Source: Perkinsela sp. CCAP 1560/9 (taxonomy: Eukaryota > Protista > Euglenozoa: Kinetoplastea). Taken from it: a stretch of 64,000 nt of DNA. Below the pieces are notes generated by a model that saw only the letters and a list, made by a program, of their open reading frames with translations, had not been told where the DNA came from and did not search any database. Where the stretch lies: assembly GCA_965644495.1 (NCBI GenBank), contig CBFFSA010000003.1, positions 1,240,001-1,304,000 of the forward strand, given 5' to 3'. The first letter of the stretch is position 1; every line of letters starts with the position of its first letter. The position numbers and the translations under genes were made by a program. Below are positions 22,983 through 34,706 of this stretch, piece after piece.

Positions 22983-24521
22983 CAGGGGTGCGAATCTAAA
23001 GGTGGGGGGGGTCTAAAATTCGTAAAAGTTGTCCAATTTTGGAAAATAATAGCGCATTGGATAGCTCTCACAGAGTTGTATGTTTTAGGATAGGTAGCAT
23101 CCGGGGTTTGGGGGGTACCCCCCTTTCATGTAAGGGTCAAAAACACATATTGCAATACTTTAGTGATGTCAATAATTTCTGTAATTTGGATTGCAAAAGA
23201 CAATTAGTAACCACAGTGCCCCCCGTTCCGACTAATAACAATTTCACAACGCTTCCTGAAACTCTTCAACGTTTTCTGAACCGTTGCAGAGTGGGTCTGT
23301 TTCAATTTAAGGAAAGACCCCTCAATGGCGGCTTCCAGTTGCTGTCGATTTCGGGGTCGAAGAAGATTTTTGTCTGTGTCCATCACAGACCACAAATTTT
23401 CGATCGGATTCAGGTCTGGAGATTTTGCAGGCCAGGGGAGAACGGAAATTCCTGTATCACGGAACGTGGCACGCGCCTTGTTGTGGGCCGGGCAGTTGTC
23501 CATGGCAATCGTGGCCGCTGGATGTCGCTTTAAATATTGAAGAAAGCCCCGTGGCTTTTTCATAGCCTGATCAAAAATTTCACCCGTAACGGTGAGTTTC
23601 TGGCCTTCTGAATTTCGAGGAGGGAAAATGTGGAGATGGAAGCCGTGTTTGAGGCTCACACCCATCCAAACCATAATCCCATTTCCGCCGTACCATGATT
23701 CTAGCTCGCCTCGTTGTTCCTTATGGGGGTCCGTCCTCCGACAAAGGTAAGTTCGCCCGGAACGCCCACGACCGCAAGTAAACTTCTTTTCGTCACAATA
23801 AACAAAATGAAGGAGTTGAGCGTCGCTCTTCTCGAGCATCGCCTTACAAAATTGCAACCGTTTCTCCTTGTGTTCGAGTGTGAGTGATGGTCGTCGCCGA
23901 AGAGTGCGGAGCACAACGCCTTGCTTCTTCAATGTGTCGACTAGGGTCCGTCGACTGCAGGTGAATCCTTGGCTACGGATCTCTCGCAGAAGATCGCTCC
24001 AGCTCTCTACGCCGTAAACAAGGTCGCGATACCCCTCGTCGACAAGCTTGAGAGCCACATCCAGGAACGCGGGGGTAACCACCGTCGAGACACGCTCTCG
24101 GGATGCCGTTAACACGTCACCCGTAAGGGTAAAACGTTCAACCCAACGTTTTACAGTGTTCTCATGAACACCAAAGTGCTGCGCCGTAGCGGAGTACGAT
24201 CCTGTGCGCTCGTATTCCGCCACCGAAAGCATGCGGTGACTCTCTTTGACGGGGGCGGGGGAAGAATACGATCTATCGCTCAGTACTCCACGGGAAGTCC
24301 TCGAGCGAGCGCGCTTTTGGGGCATTTTCTAGTAAAAAATGTAATTCCTGCGAGGGAAAAAAGCGAAATGTGGTATCAAAAAATATGTACGTTAAAATCA
24401 CAGGATTTTAATGCGCCTAAAACATACAACTCTGTGAGAGCTATCCAATGCGCTATTATTTTCCAAAATTGGACAACTTTTACGAATTTTAGACCCCCCC
24501 ACCTTTAGACCCGCACCCCTG
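22983..24521 (-). mobile_element. Tc1/IS630-like DNA transposon A, full length
   Basis: TA TSD; ~105-bp near-perfect TIRs starting CAGGGGTGCG. Confidence 0.95.
23204..24325 (-). CDS. Tc1-like transposase, DD32E, intact 373 aa
   Basis: HTH (TVKRWV), L...HKEKRL.F, YCDEKKF, MVWMGVS, MDNCPAH, WPAKSPDLNPIENLW. Confidence 0.93.
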   Translation of the reverse strand: MPQKRARSRTSRGVLSDRSYSSPAPVKESHRMLSVAEYERTGSYSATAQHFGVHENTVKRWVERFTLTGDVLTASRERVSTVVTPAFLDVALKLVDEGYRDLVYGVESWSDLLREIRSQGFTCSRRTLVDTLKKQGVVLRTLRRRPSLTLEHKEKRLQFCKAMLEKSDAQLLHFVYCDEKKFTCGRGRSGRTYLCRRTDPHKEQRGELESWYGGNGIMVWMGVSLKHGFHLHIFPPRNSEGQKLTVTGEIFDQAMKKPRGFLQYLKRHPAATIAMDNCPAHNKARATFRDTGISVLPWPAKSPDLNPIENLWSVMDTDKNLLRPRNRQQLEAAIEGSFLKLKQTHSATVQKTLKSFRKRCEIVISRNGGHCGY

Positions 24522-24655
24522 TATTTACTGTATTTTACTATAAAACTATAAGAAAACTATAAACTTTTGCTGCATTCCAAATGGTATTTTTTGTGTAAGT
24601 GAGTAACACACACGCGTTTTTATACGTCCATCGTCACTCCACCTCCGCACTTAGC

Positions 24656-25440
24656 CTACCCAAAGCTAAAAGAAATATAGCCCAAACTCGAAGTATCCGT
24701 TTTTAGTAAATAGTGGATAAGTCTACTCGCTCGTAGCAATTGCGCTCTGAATGCAACTGCGTCTGAAACTGCGTGCGCCACAAAAATTCGATCGGCGTAA
24801 AGCTCCTCTATAACCCCTTTTAATAGAAGTTGAAAGGCGGATGCATCACTTGCGGGCATGGGTCTGACGGTCCAACACATAGACACACCATTGTTGATCA
24901 TTGTAACGGCGCAGGTCGTACGATGGTGAAAAGTGGCTGTGTCTAAACACAAAACTCACGTCCAAAAATTTAAAAACAAGGTCAACGCATCTTTACTCTA
25001 GTTTGCTTAGCATACTCAATGGTCAGTTCGTTTAATTTTTCCCTTCGAGGTGGAGTGGGACACATGCCTCGTACAATTCTGTTAAGAAACAAAGGATGCT
25101 CAAGAGCTGCGGTTGAAATTCCGAACTCTGCTTTCCAAACTATTATATCCTTATGGTCCTGAGGTTTGGACGCTGGTGACGAGATGTTCAACGTCGGATT
25201 TGCACGTCGACGCTTTTTGTTTTGTTCAGCACACCAGGTATCATATTTTTTGTCGTGTTTCACTAAGTGCTTCTCTGCGGAATGATAATCTGTCGATAGT
25301 CCTCTTGGAACCAAAAAACGCTTCTTACTTCCCTCCTCACACAGGTTGCATTCCACCGCTGGTTTCTGTCCTTCCGTGCGCGGTACTTCACTAAAATAGT
25401 CTTTACAGAAATTTCCCCTCGTCAGTTTCGTTTCGGGCAT
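24656..25440 (-). pseudogene. hAT transposase 5' part (BED zinc finger plus start of catalytic domain), broken
   Basis: DYF...ECNLC...H..KH BED-like finger (24982-25440), then an LCLDTAT / VSDA segment in another frame. Confidence 0.7.
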
Positions 25441-25984
25441 CTGTTTCGGTTTTAAAATGAAGAAAAATTAAGAAAAAAAGGGATAAAAACACATTTGCAT
25501 ATGAATAGGATGCGTCAAAGGGCTTAAAAGCACCTTGAAATACGAAGAAAAAGAATATAGTTTTTTATAGTTTTTGAAAAAAGTTTATAGTAACTATATA
25601 GTACTATATTGATAGTTTTATAGTTTCTGCGAACCCTGAGTATTAGCACACTTAGGAAGAAGGTGGACGTAAGAAATGTATACATCTTGAGGTGATGTGT
25701 ATACACGCATTAGAGTGTATGTCATAAGTGTTTATGAACTGTTTATCACTAATGTAATAATAATACATGTGGATATGAGATAAAGCTTCATATAATAATA
25801 CCATGCGGATATGAGATAAAGCTTCCACTTATGCTTATAATGAGGAGGTATGGACAATTTCTACTTGTTTCTGCTTAGAAATGTTATTCCATACAATTTG
25901 TAAATTTGCCACGCCGTTTGAAGCTGTTCCCATGTTCTTGTACGACGAAAATCATACTCGGCGCGGCTGTACTCTTTTTGTGGG

Positions 25985-26450
25985 CGGGTCCCAATATCTG
26001 CGAGATTCATTTCGCTTGCGATGTCAGCTAAGACAATTCGCCCGTGAAACTATTGATGAGCTCGTATTATGGAATCCAGTGCTTCAATTTTTGAAAATCC
26101 TTTGGCGAACGCACGAGACGCGGCCGTGTTATCGCTCGTAATTATTATGTTCGCGAATCCGCTGCGCACTGCGATGCTTATCGCTTTGGATATGGCTGTC
26201 GCCTCGGCCAATACAATATCTAACTGAAACTCTTGCTCGAAGACGTTTTCTTTTATGGGGAATCCGTCCTTCATAGGTCAAACGGCCCAGCGCTTTGTGG
26301 TCGCGTCTACAACGGCGAAGAGGGTTCGCTTATGTTCACACCTGCGATACATGGTGCATGTCTCGGGGAGTTGAGTTTGCGCGGATGATGCGTAGGGCAG
26401 TTTTTAATAGGACCTCTCGTTCGCCCTGTTCTAAGATTATCCCATCCCAA
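25985..26450 (-). pseudogene. RNase H fragment of a tyrosine-recombinase retrotransposon
   Basis: VDAT..RWA, EATAI, ITSDNTAA and NLADIGTR match the RH motifs of 31107-31500 (TDAS..GWGA, EARAV, VDNTS, NPADPYSR); contains stops. Confidence 0.7.
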
Positions 26451-26459
26451 TTTTCTCGG

Positions 26460-27220
26460 GAGATCGAAGTGACATTGACTAGTGGAGGAGAATCGTTGTA
26501 CGGAGTTCGCTAATGCCTGTAGTACCATGTTATGCCGTAGGGTATACCTCCCTTGTTCGAGTGACTTCCTACAACCAGATAGAATATGCCGCGTAGTTTG
26601 TGTCTCGGTGTCACAGATGGGACATTTATCGCTCGCATGTGTCGATACTCCCCACCTACGAAGAGATGCCCTGGTTGGGAGCGGCGTCTCGGTAAGCACT
26701 GAGGATGTGAACCGCGAAAGCGATTCACTCTTAAGGTTGCATAGGGCGGCGGCGAAGTCTCTCGCAAGGTCTGCTTCCGTTGCGATTCTAAACCATCGTC
26801 CTGCTACGGCAGTACGCCGTTGGACGGCTTCCGTGAGGTGTCGCTCGTATTCGCTTCCAAGGAGTCTTCGGACGCTACAATGGCTTGTACTGTGCATATC
26901 CGTCGGTGGGCGAATATATCCTGCTCTCCTTTTGTTCGCTTCTCGCCTGATGCGCTCACGTAAAGCGTGCTGGACCTCGGGATCACGCGATTTATCCATT
27001 TGTTCCATTGTCCCCACAGTGGAAAGAAGCCAAAGTTTTGACAGACTCATGAGATTCCAGCCATGCTCTGAATAGAGCAGCTCACTAGTTGCTGATTTCG
27101 CTACGTTTAACCATTTCCGAATTTCGCGTGTGGCGCATCGCTGTAGCCGAAGTACGTGATTGAAGGTAAGGTATGAGTTTACGACGAAGGAATACCGCAG
27201 ACGAGAGATGATGCCGTTAT
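26460..27220 (-). pseudogene. Fragment of a Hero-like RLE retrotransposon related to 53353-56436
   Basis: SRDPEVQHALRERIR, CPICDTETQTTRHILSGC and SLEQGRYTLRHN are co-linear with the 1027-aa ORF. Confidence 0.85.
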
Positions 27221-27519
27221 TGATAGATGTGTGTTAAAAGTCTTAAATTTTTAGTATTTGCCTTGTTTTGATTGCAGTTCGAGAGCTTACTTCATCACAT
27301 GATTTCTTTTTCATGTGCACCAAGCCACACAGCACGATACGTGATGAGGTCGAGGATTGACTTTGCAATCCCTTCCTCGCGAAGCGTCACCCGGCATACA
27401 ACATAGTCGTCGTAGGTCCAAACATTGAAAAACAAAATTGAAAAAAATGGGGGGTCCAGGGGGGGCATATGCTCTTTAAAAATTTTATGTTTCGAAATCC
27501 AGCGAAGGGAAGTGTTAGA

Positions 27520-27961
27520 AGAAGAAGAGAGAAGAAGAAGACACGGAAGGCTCTGCAGCGCCAACCGTTAGGGTAGAGTCTCAGGTCACCGACCTTCATT
27601 GTCTTGGTACCCCCTTCCCAGACGGCACTCGACGCTTTGCGGCCCGAGCACGGCTACCCAACCGTAGCTACCAGGACGGGCGTCCAACCCCGTTGCATCG
27701 TGTAGGCTGTGACTCAAGCCTCCTTTGCGTAAGCAGCTCGCAATTTAGCGGCTGCGCTGGAGCCTGGTTCAGCTCGGCGGTGCCGGGTCGGTCCTCCAGG
27801 GGAGCGGGGTTGGGTGTGGGCCTTGAAGGCACTCCTGATCAGTTTCCCTTTGTAGTGAGGCCGCCAGGTTGCGAGTTTTGTCGATAGCGGGAATCGAACC
27901 AACAACCTGCAGGTTGGAAGGCCCACCGTCTACCAACTACGCCCGCACCATTAGAGTGTGC
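27520..27961 (-). mobile_element. tRNA-headed SINE-like retroposon with (TTC)n tail
   Basis: Head with A box GGCGTAGTTGG, CTTCCAA loop and B box GGTTCGATTCC; GC-rich body; TCTTCTTCT tail; direct repeat AAGTGTTAGA at 27510-27519 and 27962-27971. Confidence 0.6.
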
Positions 27962-28456
27962 AAGTGTTAGAGTACGCCGCGGCGATAATTCCCCCCCATT
28001 GGGGGTGACCCCCCCTGGTACGCGCAGGAGGGGCGCGACAAGTTCGAAATTCCAAAAAAAATCCAAAAGAAAAGTAAAAGATTATTTTTACGGAGCGAAT
28101 GTGGAGCGTGGTTGCGGGGTTGGATGGACTGAAAATCAACGCACTCATGAACAAAAAAGCACCTTTCTCTCCCAAAAAATATACCCCCTCAGTAACAAGG
28201 ATTTGATCCATTTGGATCCAAAATCGATTCTATTACTGGAGGGGTATATAACCACCAAATCAAAAAAAGCACGCCGCTTCGCAGCGCGGGGCAGGTTCCA
28301 AAAATAAAGTACGCCTCAAAAGGACGAAACCCCTGCGATCGGCAGAATATGGCAGAATAGTGCCGCATTAGCGGTGGCCCCCCTCCTATTTTTTCCTATC
28401 AAATTCTCTGACTGTAGAAAATGTTTCTCCAGAGATTTTTTCTCCAGAGATAAACG

Positions 28457-29540
28457 GGGTACGTCTCTACTTCGTTGAATATTCAACGAACGGGATTTTA
28501 ATTTTTTTTCGAGCTAGCGTTCGATTTTTTTAACATTTTAAATTATCTCAACGGAGCAACAAAGGTAGCGCATGGTACTAGAAACTCTTTTTCGGCAAGT
28601 CGATCTCATGTATTTGATCTCATGTATTTGTCGATCTTATAACGATAAAGATACAGTTTCTGTACCTTGTTGGTATATTTTCCTTTAGTTCATCTTTTCT
28701 TTCCCCGGCAACGGGCATAGTCTTACTGTTATATGCCCGTTGCCGGCCGGCACTAAGGCCGAAACTGTCCCTCTTTCTCGGCGAAGTAGCGGACGTGCTT
28801 CCACCCCATCACCCCTCCCCGGCTCACTCTTTGAGTGAGTTTTCTTCCCTCCCCGGCTTTCTTCCCTTCGCGCCCTTTCCTTCCCGGGGAGCCATGCGCC
28901 ATGGTGGCCTCCCTTGAGCACCACTGGGCGTGGCTCTGCCTCGTCTTATCGCGAGGCAGCGGTCGGTTGCAGTGCGCCCCTCCGGCTGCGTAAAGAGGTG
29001 GTGAGTTGCCTGGACCACCTCTACCGACTGGGACCGAGTCGGTTGCAGTACGCCCCTCCGGCTGCGTAAAGAGAGGGCGAGTTACCTGGACCCCCTCTAC
29101 CGACAGAGTCCGTGCTAATCCCCTTGGTGCGACATCCGTCATTACGGATTGTGCCGATGATATCGGCTGTCGCATCCAGGGCTGTATCTCTGCGCCAACG
29201 AGCGTATGAACATCAAAACATATTTGGTTTTGCCTCCAGAAGTGGGCTTCGCTCAAAGTTGGGCCTTGCCTCTGGACAATCCTGCGGAAGTGGCAGACAT
29301 AGGCTCTCAGTGCGCGACCCGCGCGCTGGAGCGAGCGGGTCGCCAAAAAATATAATTATGTCCCAGGGCTACGCTCACAGTTGGGCCTTGCTCGCAGACG
29401 GGGGCTTTTGCCTCCAGAAGTGGGCTTCGCTGGCAGAATCCTAGAAAATTTCGGCGAAAAAAAACAAAAAATCGGTTTCTTGAATCGTTCAACGAACCGA
29501 CGGCGCTTCGTTGAATATTCAACGAAGTAGAGACATAGCC
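28457..29540. mobile_element. Non-autonomous TIR element (GGSTA termini, 8-bp TSD; Merlin-like by inference) carrying a spliced-leader sequence
   Basis: GATAAACG|GGGTACGTCTCTACTTCGTTGAATATTCAACGAA ... TTCGTTGAATATTCAACGAAGTAGAGACATAGCC|GATAAACG. Confidence 0.88.
28634..28746 (+). ncRNA. Spliced-leader (mini-exon) RNA gene or gene relic: 39-nt exon 28634-28672 plus intron start; 3' end undefined
   Basis: ATCTTATAACGATAAAGATACAGTTTCTGTACCTTGTTG|GTAT. It has the kinetoplastid SL core ATACAGTTTCTGTAC, a TTG exon end and a GTAT donor, and counting 39 nt back lands on an A. A perfect 15-bp hairpin follows (28705-28746). No clear Sm site or T-tract. Confidence 0.75.
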
Positions 29541-29751
29541 GATAAACGTACAGCTGTATGTAAACAAATGTCAGAAAAATACTTTCAATGCACGTAAAAT
29601 ATCATAAGGCAACATTTAGAACGCATAAAAAAATTAACAAAAAAAATTACTTTTTATGTGAAATAATGCTTCACTTTTACCAAAAAATCTCTGGAGAAAC
29701 ATTTTCTACAGTCAGAGAATTTGATAGGAAAAAATAGGAAAAAACCGAAAT

Positions 29752-29990
29752 TTGCTTCAGTATCACCGTCAAGTTCCAGAGAAGAACTTCAAAAAACGAC
29801 CGCGAGGAGCCTGGAGGATGATAATGGAAGTCATAGGTGACGAACGAACCACGCTTCGTGTAGCAGGTAAATCAATCAGCGATAAACTAGAAACACTAAA
29901 AACACATTTTGCAGCGAACTATACTCAATCGAACGACAACTCACAACTAGACTTCGAAGACCTCAAAGGCATAAACATTTGCGACGACCT
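29752..29990 (+). pseudogene. Non-LTR retrotransposon ORF fragment (APE-RT linker region)
   Basis: RPRGAWRMI.E..G ... LKTHF resembles the pre-RT region of APE LINEs. Confidence 0.45.
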
Positions 29991-30489
29991 TTTGGTGAAA
30001 GTGAAGCATTATTTCACATAAAAAATATTTTTTTTTGTTAATTTTTTTATGTGTTCTAAATGTTGCGTTATCATATTTTACGTGCATTGAAAGTATTTTT
30101 CTGACTTTTGTTTACATACAGCTGTACGTTTTTCGCGGTGACGGTACGCTTGGTAGTGGGGAAGAAGCGCGAGGTAATCGGCTGAGGTTCGGCGCAGAAA
30201 TTGTGAAAAGTAAGCTAAAGAGAGGAAAACATGAAGATTATGCCCTTCGTCGCCTATTTTAGCACCTCAAATGACATTGCGAGAACGTGGAAATCGTTCT
30301 AGAACAAGGGCAAGAGAGTTAAGTTTTTCTTTTTTGCCAAAATAGGGCCATAATAAATGTTTTAAAAAAGTGTGAAATAATGCTTCACTTTGACCGATTT
30401 TTTTGTATTTTTCACTATTCGTTTCGTCATTTTCAGCTATTTGGTCTATCTTTACATGCCTTTCAATCGGTGTGTTGGTTTTTCTTGTC

Positions 30490-30600
30490 GACGAAAGCTA
30501 ACAATAAGTAAGATTTCAACTTGGACCGAAAAGCAGTGCGTGGAGTGGCTACAAAACCATAAGTTGGTGGCTCAAAAGGTCATACATGTTGTAAGCAAAA
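30490..30600 (+). pseudogene. Possible Merlin/IS1595-like transposase N-terminal fragment
   Basis: ISTWTEKQCVEWLQNHKLV resembles the 'tEe.cie.L....L' start of ISXO2/Merlin transposases; short and without catalytic residues. Confidence 0.3.
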
Positions 30601-32145
30601 AACAAGTTATCCGAAATTTTGATGCAAATACATGTAGTTCCAGATCGAATTGCTCATCATCCGATGGTAGAAAGGTAACAAAAATGAACTCTCAACACTT
30701 AACAAGCATACACTTTCTATAAAGCTCACACTACTGTTTGAAACCAAGAATCCATATCCAAACACTACAATTAACTCATAAACAAGACGTCATGACTATA
30801 ACCAAAGAAAACAAAGTAACCTTCCCATCACACAACTTCTCACCTCTCAGCTTGCGAACGGGTCACGCGGGGACCACCCATTCGCACGTACTCCAATCAC
30901 CCAATCGCTTGTATGGCAGATAAATCCAGTGCCTACTCCAGACGTACCTACCATTACAAAACATTTTTTTTTATATATACATTGTATATTTATATATATA
31001 TATTTATATATAGAGATATACATGTAGATATACATGTAGATATAAATATGAACTATATCCTAGAACTACTTTTCTTTTTTAAATTTCATGTTGTCCAAAG
31101 TCTCTGCTACAATCTACTATACGGATCCGCAGGGTTATCCTCAGAACGAATATACTGCGCTTGGACTGCGATACCTCTCTTCTGTAAATAATTCAACAAC
31201 CTACGAAGCTCTTCCGTGATCCCATCCGAGCTTGATACTTTCCGATTGACTGCAGCAACGCAAGATGTATTATCCACAAACAGGTCTACACACGTTCCTT
31301 TCTCAAAATGTTGCCCGTACTTTTCAAATGCCAATCGCACTGCGCGGGCCTCCGCTCTATTTACTTCATACTCAAATTCCTGAGGCCACTGTGCACCTGT
31401 GCACAACATCTGACCGTAGTCAAGATACAACACTGCGCCCCACCCCGTGGACGATGCGTCAGTACACAAAACATGCTGATGCGGAACTGTGTCCGGATGA
31501 CACGGTGGATCAACAGGAGATCGATGTAATAGAGCATCACGCCATTCCGTAAGAGTAACCCGCACAGGGGTCGGTAAAGGTACTTGCTGGTCAAGAAGAG
31601 ACGGTTCTCTATTCAGCCGATTAATTCTACGGCGTACAATTTTTAATTCGAGATGAAACTGTGGTAAATGCATACCCATCACCCCTGACGCAAAAATCAT
31701 TCGACCCACCGCTGACTCCAAAGAACCATACGTTGCTGTAGCAAAATCGTCCTGCGTTAGACGGCGCGTTAATTTTGGACCTAACGATACCTTTCCTAGG
31801 CCATGGTGATACGTGATACCATTAAACGTGTAGGTCTGCGATGGAGGGGCTCCGGCATCCTTAAAACGCGCATTGACTTCCCTAGCCCGGTTGTCTACGA
31901 ACCTGACGTATTGTTCAGCGATCACTTCGCTCCCCGCAAAACGGATACCATCTATATAAACATCGGCATTATCTGAAGAAAACGCGGCATCCGCGGTACA
32001 AAATTGCTTATCCCCTGCCAGCGTCGCTGTTAGTACATGCATTATTTCGGGTGCACACCGATGCCCCATAGGCATTACATTCATTTCAAACAAATCGCCT
32101 TTCGCATCCTTAAATCGAAACTTCTCTCTACATGCTAAAGGAATA

Positions 32146-34139
32146 CTGTGACCCCCCCCCCCTTTAATATGCACACGTTTTTGGAGTTTGTGCATAATAA
32201 AGGGGGGGTGCATAATAAAGGGGGGGTGCATAATAAAGGGGGGTGCATAATAAAGGGGGGGGGGTGCATAATAAGGGGGGGGTACATAATAAAGGGGGGA
32301 AGGAAAGGGTGAAACAAGGGGGAAGGTGGAAAGTGCGTACATGGTGCCAATGACATCGGTATCGAAGCAAGGGTCGATGACGGAGGGGAAGAGAGTGAAG
32401 GAACTGTTCTCGAGCAAAGATATTTTTCATGAAGCTTGTGTAACACTAATAAACAAGAAAGTGCTTAAAGTAAAAAATATAAAAAAATGTGCATACCTAA
32501 ATACTAGTTACTAATGTAACTGATTCATAGGATACTATAATATTATTTCGAGTTTGTTGAACGCCCATAGTAGAATATGCCTGGAGAATCACTCCGAGGA
32601 CTTCCACGACACCGAGTAAAAACCACAGAAAAACCCAGTTCCGTGGTAAAAAATAATATTACAATATGAACCGTTGCTGTGGACGGAAATAAAGCTCGGG
32701 AGGTGAGGTTCGCTAAGCCCCAACATTTGCTTGACAATGTCCCTGACCCCATAAAGTTTTCAACTGTTAACGGACTCATCTTCAAAGTTCAAATCATTCA
32801 CTAAATTCACAATTATAGAACAATCAGAATCAGAATCAGAATCATCTTCCGGCACGTTCTCCACGGACACTTCTCCAAGGGTTTCTTCGGAATTTGTTGA
32901 CTAACAACACGCTACGCTGACTAACATCCGCGTATATTCCAGTAAGAGCGGAAGCCTGGCGCGTCATTTCAGCATAAATGCCAGAACTCTCACGATTCTT
33001 GGCGCTGTGGTTGAATATAACAGTTGGGTAAAGAGGGTAAACCTTATCTAGAGCAAAGTCATATATTCCAGCCAGGAAGACGGTAACAGTTTCCTTGGGA
33101 TTTGTGTCGACCACCTTCGGTTGCGGGCATCCGATCTGCGCTAGCGTATATCCTTGTACCTCACCGTTTACGAACATCGCCGTTTCGTCCCCGAAAAAAG
33201 CAAAACGATATTTCCGAACAGCATTCTGAAGGTAAAATTTTTGCGCCCACTGTGATATCCTATGTTCCACGTCTGCCGGAGCCAGGCACTGTATCCTTCC
33301 CCACCTTCTCCAAACCCACCCATAATGCTTCCGAAAGCGTGCATATGTGTCTTCCAATGCTGAAACCGAAGTCAACTTCGTGTTTTGGCGTATTAGATCG
33401 ATTACAATTGATTTGGTCAAGGGACACCACAAGGAAGATGCCTTTTCACAAGCACGATGAACTTCACACATTGCCTCTGCCTTATTGTACGTGACAGACT
33501 CCGGGTCGTTGTAATGACCTCCTTTGGTGTTAAACCCTCTGTTACGATGCTGGTTCCCCATATCTCGATTTATTAATTTTTGATCATTCAATATCCCAGT
33601 CGCACGGATGTCGTACACTGTTCTCCGAGATATCCCGTACTTTTCTCGAATAGCCTTCACCGAATCCTGGGATCGACAAATCTCGCGTTTGTCGTAAATT
33701 GTGAGTTCAACTCGCTGCCGCTTTTTTTCGTTTACCGTTGGAGGTGCATTCGTTTGTAGAACAGGTGCCCGTTCCCCTACCTGGGGGGAGGGTGGCGCTG
33801 ACCGAGCCCATCTCGACAGCGGACCTTTTATCATATGCACGGTTGTCGGTACACCGTCCGTGTGCGGCATGTGTTGACGAAGAGAAACAGATATAGCAGA
33901 TAGAGAAAGCTAAAAAGTCTACAGTATTAACTTAATGTTGGAAGTTGGTAGCCTAAGTGACTTTCCAAACAGAATAAAAAAAGAAAAAATCAAATCGGTC
34001 CCACCACACGAACTTTCTTCAGCTTCAATTTTGTACATATTAAAGGGGGGGTCCCACCACACATATTTTCTTCAGTCTCCGTTTTGTGCATATTAAAGGG
34101 GGGTAAGAAGGGGGTGCATATTAAAGGGGGGGGTCACAG
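32146..34139 (-). mobile_element. Pogo-like DNA transposon copy 1 (internally deleted)
   Basis: TA|CTGTGACCCCCCCCCCTTTAATATGCAC ... GTGCATATTAAAGGGGGGGGTCACAG|TA; subterminal (TGCATAATAAAGGGGGG)n. Confidence 0.92.
32842..33870 (-). pseudogene. Pogo-like transposase, C-terminally truncated
   Basis: Closely similar to 47098-48588 up to 'ADVS', then diverges; lacks the second and third catalytic Asp. Confidence 0.85.
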
Positions 34140-34706
34140 TAACCACTTGCCAAAATCCACATGCTAAGTCGCGCTTCACCGCCGTTTGTTCTTTTACACG
34201 ATGCAAATAGTACGCTGCATGCTTTAACTCAACATGAGGATGATAAGTTTCCTTAATTCGCTCGTTGTCACCTTGCGTCCAAGCAATGAAACGCCGTCGC
34301 TCCGACCCATCTTCGGCGGGCTCAACAACCGTAAAAGGAATTGCCCAATCCCGCGACGGGCGCTTTGCAGCCTCGGCGGTAGTAACTCGTGTAATGAAGC
34401 CTTGGGCTTCCAACAATTCTACGTCACTAGCTGGTAAAAAAGATTTAAATTTCGGAGCGGGAGCTCGCTCATCGGGAACTTCTAACATCATTTTCCACGT
34501 CTGATCAAAACGAATACGTTGCTTTTCGTTCATCATTCCTCGTAGTTTACGAATATCCATCTGTGGAATCCCACTTTTGATATGCAAAGGAAGACCAAAA
34601 TCTTTCGTGGTCGCCACTTTAGACGTGCGACGCGTGCGTGTTATAGTATGTCTTACCTTTTCTGCTGGAACATCATCAATGTACTTGCTAAAAACAAGTT
34701 CCTCTT

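Larger units (their letters stand above)
22910..25638 (-). mobile_element. hAT element, internally deleted, hosting a Tc1 insertion
   Basis: 21-bp TIR CAGGGTTCGCAGAAACTATAA; perfect 8-bp TSD AGTATTAG (22902-22909 / 25639-25646). Confidence 0.9.
28385..29738. mobile_element. Outer MITE-like shell (55-bp inverted repeats) hosting the SL-carrying element
   Basis: CCTATTTTTTCCTATCAAATTCTCTGACTGTAGAAAATGTTTCTCCAGAGATTTTT with its reverse complement at ~29683-29738. No TSD seen. A second partial inverted copy of its body lies at ~29990-30131. Confidence 0.6.

Noticed and set aside
23204-24325. Fanzor/TnpB cargo in the IS630-Tc1 elements
   Set aside because: Both elements are ~1.5 kb with only the transposase ORF; no RuvC-like ORF or room for one
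24945-24986. GT-AG intron joining the two hAT ORF pieces
   Set aside because: Splicing would remove the putative catalytic Asp of LCLD; deletion or frameshift is more likely
27590-27880. 7SL/SRP RNA beside a tRNA-like promoter
   Set aside because: No recognisable SRP helix-8 motif; it lies downstream of the tRNA head and has a tail and TSD, which fits a SINE better
27880-27950. Functional tRNA-Gly gene
   Set aside because: T and acceptor stems do not pair
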